Assembly (NCBI GenBank): GCA_964019425.1
Contig: OZ025784.1
Span: 992,001-1,056,000 of the forward strand
From: Flectonema sp. DT1601
Taxonomy: Eukaryota
DNA length: 64,000 nucleotides
Reading direction: 5' to 3'
How positions within the stretch are numbered: position 1 is the stretch's first letter; every line of letters begins with the position of its first letter. The position numbers and the translations under genes were made by a program. The notes beneath the pieces are model-generated. The model was not told the origin of the DNA. It saw nothing but the letters and a program-made list of their open reading frames with translations, and searched no databases. This document shows positions 55,717 through 64,000 of the stretch, one piece after another.

Positions 55717-57303
55717 TTACTTCTTTGTTAGTGACAATAGCTTTTCAATACTGCTATCACCCATAGCCTTAATAAAGTGATCTGATAAGGCAGTGTACGG
55801 ATCTTTCTCTTCGATTTCAGTTGCAGCCTTCCCCGTCATGTGAGAGAACATTACATCAGCATTACCGTGATCGAATAACCCATGAAGGTAGGTACCAATA
55901 ATTGGTATTGAGTTCACGCTGTTGTCAGAAGCTTCGACTTGACATCCATCAACACCTTCACTTTTAGTGATAATCGGGGTTTGGTTATCTCCAGTTGTTC
56001 TTCCAACGTGGATTTCATATCCTTTTAGAGGAGTGTTTTTTGGTAATAAAATATTGGTATCCCATGTGGCTGTTACTTTCTTCAGTTCTTTTTGTTTTGT
56101 CATTTCTGTGATCATCGGAAGTAGTTGTAGTCCGTTTACAGGTATTGATGTACCTGACGTTGAGTCGACTGAGAAAGGATCGCTGATAGTCTGACCAAGG
56201 ATTTGATAGCCTCCACATATTCCCAGAAGTATTCCCTTTTTGTCAGGTCTTGTTACGTAATCTTTAATACTTTTTGACCATTTCTCTTTCATCCATTGCA
56301 AGTCTGCGATCACACTTTTTGAACCTGGTATTATCACTAATGAATACAATGACAAGTCTCTTGGTGTTCTCAACCAGTCTAGTGTAATATCTTTGTGTGC
56401 TTCGAGTGGTGCGAAATCAGTATGGTTTGCTACCCTAGGAAGAAGGATGACAGCGACACTAAAAGTTTCATCATCGTCATTAGAACTCATAACTGGATCA
56501 ACTCGTGAGGATCGATAAAGAGCATCTTCAGAAGGAAGAACACAACGGGAGTTATCATCGTACATGTCGAGGGGATCAAAGTATGGGATCACTCCCAGGA
56601 TTGGAATGTTGGTTTTATTTTCAATCCAAAGACGACCATCATCAAACAGAGTTGGATCACCACGAAACTTATTCACAATTATTCCCTTTACCATTGACCG
56701 CTCTGGTTCTTCTAAGCAATGAAGTGTTCCAATGACTTGAGCGAAGACACCTCCCTTTTCGATGTCACAGACGAGGATGACTGCTGCGTTTGACTGACGA
56801 GCTGTTTCAAAATTCACAAAATCTCTATCACGAAGATTAACTTCAGCACAACTTCCAGCGCCTTCAATTACAACAACTTCATGTTTTTGCATTAAACGTT
56901 GAAGGGAGTCTCGGGAGGCAATTCGGAGAGGATTTTGAGCATCTCCATTTCTCTGCCAGAGTTTTTTCGCTTCAAAATTTCCCAAAGCGATTCCATTAAC
57001 AACAACTTGTGATGACCTATCTGATGATGGCTTTAACAACACGGGATTCATATCAGTTTCTGGTTCTACTCGACAGGCCTCAGCCTGCACTATCTGAGCT
57101 CTTCCAATCTCACCAGCCCTTCCTGATTCTGGTTCAGTACTGATGGTTACAACTCCAGCGTTGTTGCTCATGTTTTGGGCTTTGAACGGAGCAACTCGAA
57201 TGTTATTACGAGACAAGATTCGACCAATTGCCGCGGCGACAGTACTTTTACCGACATCTGATGCGGTGCCGAAGATACAAATAGCCGTACCCTGTGTCGT
57301 CAT
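55717..57303 (-). CDS. cobQ: Cobyric acid synthase CobQ/CbiP
   Basis: GTASDVGKS, PFKAQNMSNN, EIGRAQ, MNPVLLKP, IEGAGSCAEVNL, NKFRGD, IIPGSK, GICGGYQ (catalytic Cys), GYEIH, GTYLHGLF; ATG at 57303. Confidence 0.96.
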   Translation of the reverse strand: MTTQGTAICIFGTASDVGKSTVAAAIGRILSRNNIRVAPFKAQNMSNNAGVVTISTEPESGRAGEIGRAQIVQAEACRVEPETDMNPVLLKPSSDRSSQVVVNGIALGNFEAKKLWQRNGDAQNPLRIASRDSLQRLMQKHEVVVIEGAGSCAEVNLRDRDFVNFETARQSNAAVILVCDIEKGGVFAQVIGTLHCLEEPERSMVKGIIVNKFRGDPTLFDDGRLWIENKTNIPILGVIPYFDPLDMYDDNSRCVLPSEDALYRSSRVDPVMSSNDDDETFSVAVILLPRVANHTDFAPLEAHKDITLDWLRTPRDLSLYSLVIIPGSKSVIADLQWMKEKWSKSIKDYVTRPDKKGILLGICGGYQILGQTISDPFSVDSTSGTSIPVNGLQLLPMITEMTKQKELKKVTATWDTNILLPKNTPLKGYEIHVGRTTGDNQTPIITKSEGVDGCQVEASDNSVNSIPIIGTYLHGLFDHGNADVMFSHMTGKAATEIEEKDPYTALSDHFIKAMGDSSIEKLLSLTKK

Positions 57304-57430
57304 ATTTGTTGATAGATGAGAGATTTCAACTACCCTTATCAATTACTTCTGTTGAAGAGAATACGTAATTATTAAAAAAGAGAAGTTTTTAAAATGAAGT
57401 GAAAATATCTAACAAATAAGTTGGTCTATT

Positions 57431-58642
57431 TCAGTCTATAATTATTATTTCAGGTTGCTTTTTACTCTTTTGAAATGCGCTTGTGATCGTGGGTTGATCA
57501 GATTTTATTTTTTTTACAATTTTATTGCCGCTCTTCTTCTTTGGGCTGACACTTCGAGTTTTTTTTTCTTTTGGTGGAGGAGGTCGCATATTCCATGGAG
57601 ATGCCTTTGCGATTTCTTGATCAATAATTGGATAGATGACGTTCCACATTTGTTCTCCTTCGGTTGGGTTTCCGCTTCCAACACGACCAAGACTTCGACC
57701 TGATGGAGTGACAACAGGTTTATTAATATAAACCCCCGATCGATATTTCCACCAAAGTGATTTAATCATACTCGGTGTAGCAAACGATAAACCCTGAGAC
57801 TGGCATTCAGCAGCAGTTTTAGAAACAAGAAATCCGAGACAATGAAAGTCGACTGCTTCGTGTAATTGATAAGCAGGTTGTAGAGAATACGGTATTTCTG
57901 ATATGTGTGATTTCATTGTAGTGTCTGACGGATTTAATTTTTGTTGAGAATAAAACATTTCAGTGTACTGCTGAGCGTACCTCACACTGCTGTCAATTAA
58001 CTTCATGTCACCGGGCATTCCTCCGTAGCTTTTTCTAATCTTCAACATTTTTATAACGAAGTCAGCTTCAGATTTGGGTTTAGTTTTCTTTAACCTAATC
58101 TGTCTATTTATTGGTTCATAGCACATTCTGGAACTCATGTCTGCTATTTCTCCAATGTATTGCAATAGAAGAAGTTGAGTTGATTGGTGGAGACTGTATC
58201 CTTTTGATACAGCCATCATACACCAGGTACTTAAAGCAATTAGTTGTGGATGAAGAAGTGAGTCTTCGATGTTTATTATTGATATCCTTCTAAGAAATTG
58301 CAACAGACTGTCACGGCTTTGTAGTAGCATTTGTTGTGATAGCGCTACAGCGTGATCGCTTAGTCGTCTTCGAACTGCTTTTTGAATTCCACTTTTTAAT
58401 AAAGGGATGCTATACTCTCTTGAGACTCCAACGCCACATCCAATAACGTTACCACCTGAAGTCAGGTCTGAGGATAGTATTATTTTATCGGCATCTCCCT
58501 CTTCTCCTCCTCTTATCTGAATTCCGTCTTCACACCTCCATTCCTTTCCTTGTTTGTTTTCAGAGCATATTTCAACTTTATTATTTGTTAATAGTTTTAA
58601 ATGCATCGCTGCTAGATTAGGAATCGTTTTTGACAACATCAT
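57431..58642 (-). CDS. Hypothetical protein with MgsA/RarA C-terminal-like helical domain
   Basis: LLKSGIQKAVRRR...LRRISIINIED resembles SxxxKSxR...RRLxxxxxED; C-terminal QPTITSAF and EIIIID. Confidence 0.6.
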   Translation of the reverse strand: MMLSKTIPNLAAMHLKLLTNNKVEICSENKQGKEWRCEDGIQIRGGEEGDADKIILSSDLTSGGNVIGCGVGVSREYSIPLLKSGIQKAVRRRLSDHAVALSQQMLLQSRDSLLQFLRRISIINIEDSLLHPQLIALSTWCMMAVSKGYSLHQSTQLLLLQYIGEIADMSSRMCYEPINRQIRLKKTKPKSEADFVIKMLKIRKSYGGMPGDMKLIDSSVRYAQQYTEMFYSQQKLNPSDTTMKSHISEIPYSLQPAYQLHEAVDFHCLGFLVSKTAAECQSQGLSFATPSMIKSLWWKYRSGVYINKPVVTPSGRSLGRVGSGNPTEGEQMWNVIYPIIDQEIAKASPWNMRPPPPKEKKTRSVSPKKKSGNKIVKKIKSDQPTITSAFQKSKKQPEIIIID

Positions 58643-58934
58643 TATGGATGTGCTGTGTGGAGTGAATGTTATTGAAAAGTTATTTTTTTTTTTTTTTCCC
58701 TCATTCAAATCACAATAGACACAACAACGTCTCTGACTAAACCCAACACGACAGTACCATGAATAAAAAGTGTTGAGTTTTTTTTTTTTTTTTTGTCAAA
58801 ATTAGCCCCTCAAGTACCAAAATAACATTGGGAGGGGTTGCGGTATGGAAGCCTCTCTCTCTCTCTCTCCTCGTTCTTAGTTTTTTAAAAAAAACGATAA
58901 CAGGTTAGATAAATACCGAAGGGATAAGAAATAT

Positions 58935-59411
58935 TTAAACCCTCTTAAACTCAAAAGCTAATTCTTGAATTGAAACTGACGCTGCCGCTTCATCATCGTA
59001 GTCGAACCACTCACCGTCATCAAATTCGATTTCGTCAAATTTTGTTTTTTCATTTACTCCGTATGCGATCCAATCATCTGCTGCCATTGACCAACTGACA
59101 GGTTCAAGATCTCTGCATTCGAAGGTACAAACTGGTGCAAACTTACCAGCCATATCAGATGTGTATGAGAAGTCTTTTGTGAAATCCATCTTTATTGTAC
59201 CGTGTCTTTTATCACCAACTTTTACTAAGACGTTGCATGTTCCTCTCGATCCTGGTATTTCTAATTCTTCTTCGTTGCTTACCCATAAATTCTTATAAGG
59301 TTCTCCAGAACTAGGATGTTGACAGTCTATGTTAAAACGGTAGTCAGTTGGAATTGTTATCTTATCGATTCCCTCGAGTTGAGATTTAAATCTAAGCTGA
59401 AATTTAGGCAT
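58935..59411 (-). CDS. UPF0587 / C1orf123 (CZIB, DUF866) family protein
   Basis: MPKFQLRFKSQLE, EIPGSRGTCN, FECRDLEPVSW, GEWFDYDDEAAASVSI. Confidence 0.88.
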   Translation of the reverse strand: MPKFQLRFKSQLEGIDKITIPTDYRFNIDCQHPSSGEPYKNLWVSNEEELEIPGSRGTCNVLVKVGDKRHGTIKMDFTKDFSYTSDMAGKFAPVCTFECRDLEPVSWSMAADDWIAYGVNEKTKFDEIEFDDGEWFDYDDEAAASVSIQELAFEFKRV

Positions 59412-59668
59412 TTTTTTGCTTTTTTTTTTTGTTGATTAACTTTTTGACTGTTTTCGAAAAATAGTTATTCAACACAAGATAGCTCTGTCAAAACTATTCA
59501 GACTGGTCACTTTGAACACCAGACGGAATCTTGTGCCTGACAATAAAATTATGACATAAAAGAAATAACGGAACGGATATCAATCCGAATATATCCCTAC
59601 GTCGGTACACAATAAAAAAAAAAAAAAAAAAAAAATCAAAACCTACTGTTGTTGTCTTTATTAGGATA

Positions 59669-59998
59669 CTACTCGTCCCATCCTTTCTTTTTTTCTTCCT
59701 TGTAAAGCTCTGCATCATCAGGTAGAGTTCCACCGTATTTATAATACATATTTACCTGCATATATAATATTATTGCTAACATAACCCAAGTAGCTGGATG
59801 CATTATCGTCAGCTGTCTCTCTGGTGCAGCAATCTTCCAAAGTTCACTGTCAGCTCTCGCTTTATTAGCCATCCTTAGAACTTCCTCTTTAGAAAGTTCT
59901 TCTTCCTCACTCTTCTTTATTTCTGTTGATTGTTTTTTGTTGCAATATGTCCGGCAGGACATTCTTACTAATCCTGTTTGTGATACTCTCCGTAACAT
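59669..59998 (-). CDS. Small mitochondrial-targeted single-TM protein
   Basis: MLRRVSQTGLVRMSCRTY presequence; one hydrophobic helix. Confidence 0.65.
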   Translation of the reverse strand: MLRRVSQTGLVRMSCRTYCNKKQSTEIKKSEEEELSKEEVLRMANKARADSELWKIAAPERQLTIMHPATWVMLAIILYMQVNMYYKYGGTLPDDAELYKEEKKKGWDE

Positions 59999-60569
59999 GT
60001 TATGTTGATGTGTGTGTGTTGCTTAATTATTACTGAAAAAATAATATAATGTTAGAAACGGTCGCTCTTTTAACAAATATTTTTTTGGGGGCCGAAATGG
60101 ACAGCAAAAAAAAAAAAAAGGCAAATTTCACTTTTTACTTTTACTCACTCACACTTTTATTTTGTTTGTGCGCAACTGGGTACAAAATCCTAATAAAAAA
60201 AAAAAAAAAAAAAAACTGTCCATTTCGGAAGCTTTTGCGTTGATATCTGATATTTCACTTTTTATGTGAAATTATACTTTTCCCAATCTTTTTTTTTTCA
60301 TGAGTTGAACCGCCTGCTTTTTGATCATATTTTTTAACATCTGTTTTTTTGTAATAATTGAAAATAATAACAACTAAGCTAAACTTTTAACAAGATTCAT
60401 ACTAAAAAAAAAAAAAAAGGGGGGGGACGTACAATATTTAAATAATAATAATAAGGGAATAATAATACACTTACAGCAATAACAAAAAAAAAAAAAAGAA
60501 AAATCGATCGCATGGATGGATCAAAATCTAACAAAAAAACAAAAAGCAAAAAAAAATCGAATTTAAATA

Positions 60570-60932
60570 CTACTTTGACCATCGAATGTTTTGATAAGGT
60601 TGATAAAGACTACTTCGGGGTACAGATCTTCTCCCCCTTAGAGTTCCTATGACGTCATCAATTGCATTAACTGCATCAGCTACTGGATCACCCAATTGAC
60701 GCGAAGGGGTACCTACTCTTATTGGAGATGATATGGCAGCAGTCATGTAATTTACAGGACTTCCCATTGCAACAGGAGGAGGAGGAAGAGGAGGCGCTAT
60801 TCTCTCTGGGCTCTTCGGTGGATTGTTAACCATATGCTGAAGCGTTACTAATATATCCTGGACTGCTCCTGACAATCCGTCAAGTTCCAGTTTTAACGTC
60901 GAAACGTCTTCTCTGAGTGCGATTTGAGACAT
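60570..60932 (-). CDS. Small hypothetical coiled-coil/Pro-rich protein
   Basis: ATG at 60932 (MSQIALREDV); coding-like composition. Confidence 0.55.
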   Translation of the reverse strand: MSQIALREDVSTLKLELDGLSGAVQDILVTLQHMVNNPPKSPERIAPPLPPPPVAMGSPVNYMTAAISSPIRVGTPSRQLGDPVADAVNAIDDVIGTLRGRRSVPRSSLYQPYQNIRWSK

Positions 60933-61268
60933 TTTTCTTATTCTTTGTTTTATATGTTTATAATCTGTTTTGAAAAAAAAATACATTTTGTAGACTGAAC
61001 TATTATTCTGAGTGACGATCCCTAACTGATGTGGCCGTAATCACATTCACAAATAATTATTTTTTTGTAGTTGTTTCAGCTGTTGGAGAAAGGAAAAAAA
61101 ATGAGAATTAAAACTATCAAATATACAAAAGAAAAGAGAGTGAGAAAAAAAAGAAAACGTTCGTATTAGTAAAAGGAAAGAGAAAACACACCCAATGTTT
61201 GCATATAAATATTAGATAGCGCACCGCTCCATGACCTTAATATTCTGATTAACAAAAAACAGATGTAA

Positions 61269-64000
61269 CTACTCCTCAGTGTCACACGATAAAGACACAG
61301 ATTCACTATTGTATTTATCATATTCAGTACTGCCCATGATTTCCTGCAGCTTGCATTTATACAGGAACTGACTTCCTATACTCTCCGCTTTCTTCAAAGA
61401 AGATATATCACCCTCAGTTAGAGAGTCACAATTACATAAAAACTGATCCCCAACACTTTTTATACTCACTAAGCTTGATGCATTGTGAAGATGTGTCAGT
61501 GACGTACATCCCCACAGAAATGAGTTATCAATAGCAGTGAGGTTTTTAAAGGCAGATAAATCAACAGATTCAAGAGAGCTACAAAGAGCTAAGAAATGCA
61601 TCCCTATTTTCTCGACGTTATGTAGGTGTGATAAATTAATTGACACTAAGCATGATTTACGGAGGAAATCAGTTCCGATTTGCTTGACATTCATCAAGCA
61701 GTCAATATTAGTGACCTCCTTCAGAGATGTGCAGCCACACAAAAAAGCGTCATCCACTTCAGTGAGTGTCTTGAAACAGATTAAATCAACACTTTCTAAG
61801 GAACTACACCCACATAAAAAATATTCTCCAATGCTGGTTATGTTTTTTAATTTACTCAGATTGACTGACGTCAGAGATTCACAACCAGCTATGAAACGGT
61901 TTTTAATTATTTTTAAATTTCTTAATCCGGAAAAGTTGACAATCGATGTCAATGATTCACAACAAGCTAAAAAATTATCCAACTCAGTAACGTTATAAAA
62001 AGACGATAAATCAATTGAAATTAGAGACTTACAACCACAAAGAAATCCACTACCAACGCCGGTCAGCTCATTCAAATTTGATAGTTCGATTGAAACCAGA
62101 GATCTGCAACTCTGCAAAAAATGGGATCCTATGAACTTGACTCCTGTCATGCTATTGAAGTTATAAACAAACTCCAGAGAGGTACAATCACAAAGAAATC
62201 CATTTCCAATTTCAGTTACGTTCTTAAAAGATTTTAAGTCAATCGTTTTTAGGGATTCGCAATTTCTTAAAAAACATTCTCCGATGGTTTTTAATTTCGT
62301 AAAAGACGACAAATCGATGGCATTCAACGAACTGCAAGAAAAGAATGCAAAATCTGAAATTGACGTCACGTTGGATAAAGTGGACATCTGCTTTATGGAT
62401 TGTAAGGATGAACACTCACTGAGGAATCCTTCGCCCAATTTAGATACTTTTTCAAAAGATATTTTTATCGTTGTCAGAGATGAACACCACGCCATGAATT
62501 CCGATCCTACCTCAGAAAGATTTTTCAAACTCGAAAAATCAATTTCCAATAATGACTCGCAGCTTCTAAATGCGAAATCACCTATCTTTGTAACACTTTG
62601 TAACCCCTCAATATGTAAAAGGGTTTTTAAAGACTTGCAATCAGCTAAAAATGAAACACCCAATTCAGTGACATTTCCAAGACCTGATAAGTCGATCGTC
62701 TCTAGTTTGGAACATCCAGCAATAAACAAGTCAGGAATATTTTTTATACAGGACAAAGATGAAGTGTCAAAACTAATCAAAGAATCACAATTAAATAAAA
62801 AACCTTCTCCGACACTTTCAACATTCTTCAAACAAGAAATATTACTGATGGTTTCCAGAGAGTTGCACTCGCTTAAAAAATCTTCTTTGATCTCAACAAT
62901 GTTGGTGAAGACTGATAGGTCAACGTGCAACAACGATCGGCAATTATGAAGAAAAGCAATTCCAATAAACTTAATGCTTAACAAGACTGAAACATCTATT
63001 GATGTTAAAAGTTCACAAAAATTTAAAAATTGATCACCAATGTAAGATACATTTTTCAAAGTTGAAATATTTTCAATCACCGACAGTGATTTACACTTGT
63101 ATAAAAACCCATGGTTTATTTTTTCAACTTTTCCAAAAGAATTGAAATTCACAGATTCCAGTTTCGAACAGCTGTTCAGGAAGTCTTCTTCAACGAGAAC
63201 GAGTTTTTCAAAACTCGTCAGATCAATCGACGACAACGACCCGCAATCACAAAGAAATCGATTCCCAATTTCTTCAACTTTCTTTAAACAACACATTCCC
63301 TTAATAGATTTCAAAGATGAACACCTAAATAAAAACGCTCCCTCGATAACTTTCACATTTTTAAAAGCACTCACATCAATCAACTCAAGAGACGTACACT
63401 GAAATAAAAAAGCAGAAGCAATACAGGTTAACTTTCCAAACGCAGAAAGGTCTATCGCAGTCAAAGAAGTACATGAGTGTGCAAAATGAGTTCCAATTTT
63501 TTCAATATTTTGTAAACTGAAAATGTTTGAAATCGAAGTCAGAGATGTGCATTCAGATAAGAATCCATCTCCAACTCCAATGACTCCTTCAAAACCAGAA
63601 ACAGATGAAACAGAACTGCATCCGTTCATAAACACGCGTCCTATTTCTTTCAACTTGGTTAACTTTGAAACATCAATCGAAGTAAGCGACGAACACGAAA
63701 GTAAAAACTGCGATTTTATCTTCACCACATTACTTAAACCAGAAAGATTTTCTAACACTCGCAACGATGAACAACAAGAAGCGAAAGAGTCCTCTATTTC
63801 GATTACCTTTTTAAAAGCTGATAAGTCGATGCTTTCCAAAGACTCACATTTATGTAAGAAATCACGCCCAATGTGTTTAACTTCTGTCAACGCAGACATG
63901 TTTAAAATAGTAGTCAACGAACCACACAGAGCTAAAAACCCTTCTCCTATATTTGTAAGATTAGCGAACATCGACAAGTCAATAATATTAATAGAAGAGT
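61269..64000 (-). CDS. BspA-type (LRR_5) leucine-rich repeat protein, 5' end outside the window
   Basis: ~25-aa repeats xxIGxxFLxxCxSLxxIDLSxL across >900 aa; frame open to the window edge. Confidence 0.92.
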   Translation of the reverse strand, partial: SSINIIDLSMFANLTNIGEGFLALCGSLTTILNMSALTEVKHIGRDFLHKCESLESIDLSAFKKVIEIEDSFASCCSSLRVLENLSGLSNVVKIKSQFLLSCSSLTSIDVSKLTKLKEIGRVFMNGCSSVSSVSGFEGVIGVGDGFLSECTSLTSISNIFSLQNIEKIGTHFAHSCTSLTAIDLSAFGKLTCIASAFLFQCTSLELIDVSAFKNVKVIEGAFLFRCSSLKSIKGMCCLKKVEEIGNRFLCDCGSLSSIDLTSFEKLVLVEEDFLNSCSKLESVNFNSFGKVEKINHGFLYKCKSLSVIENISTLKNVSYIGDQFLNFCELLTSIDVSVLLSIKFIGIAFLHNCRSLLHVDLSVFTNIVEIKEDFLSECNSLETISNISCLKNVESVGEGFLFNCDSLISFDTSSLSCIKNIPDLFIAGCSKLETIDLSGLGNVTELGVSFLADCKSLKTLLHIEGLQSVTKIGDFAFRSCESLLEIDFSSLKNLSEVGSEFMAWCSSLTTIKISFEKVSKLGEGFLSECSSLQSIKQMSTLSNVTSISDFAFFSCSSLNAIDLSSFTKLKTIGECFLRNCESLKTIDLKSFKNVTEIGNGFLCDCTSLEFVYNFNSMTGVKFIGSHFLQSCRSLVSIELSNLNELTGVGSGFLCGCKSLISIDLSSFYNVTELDNFLACCESLTSIVNFSGLRNLKIIKNRFIAGCESLTSVNLSKLKNITSIGEYFLCGCSSLESVDLICFKTLTEVDDAFLCGCTSLKEVTNIDCLMNVKQIGTDFLRKSCLVSINLSHLHNVEKIGMHFLALCSSLESVDLSAFKNLTAIDNSFLWGCTSLTHLHNASSLVSIKSVGDQFLCNCDSLTEGDISSLKKAESIGSQFLYKCKLQEIMGSTEYDKYNSESVSLSCDTEE

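Noticed and set aside
61537..63402. Plus-strand ORFs antisense to the LRR gene (and similar antisense ORFs over other long CDSs)
   Set aside because: Shadow frames of the real minus-strand genes with no independent motifs.

Overview
AT-rich eukaryotic nuclear DNA with long poly-A/T intergenic tracts, almost certainly from a diplonemid (Euglenozoa). It contains a 38-nt diplonemid-type spliced-leader (SL) sequence, a euglenozoan-type 18S rRNA 5' end, and genes in long same-strand clusters. About 4 genes lie on + (1.9-10.5 kb) and about 21 on - (14.8-64 kb). The two clusters converge on a ~4 kb strand-switch region (10.6-14.8 kb) filled with nested mobile-element debris: three HNH-nuclease pseudogene copies, two Mutator-like transposase remnants, a TATE/VIPER-like tyrosine recombinase fragment, and an SL-capped retroposed mRNA. 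The recombinase and the retrocopy together sit between ~197-bp direct repeats. Recognisable genes are mago nashi, a VPS9 protein, an Arf-like GTPase, EAF, GPAT, a PNUTS-like protein, a bacterial-type phospholipase C, an MFSD2-like transporter, PEX19, a CAP-domain surface protein, importin-5, a bacterial-type cobyric acid synthase (CobQ), a C1orf123/UPF0587 homologue and a BspA-type LRR protein. Other notable signals are an orphan 5'ETS+18S rDNA fragment and seven cis-introns that all end in A-rich tracts, whereas likely trans-splice acceptors are U/pyrimidine-rich. All family assignments are from motif recognition by eye; no database search was run.
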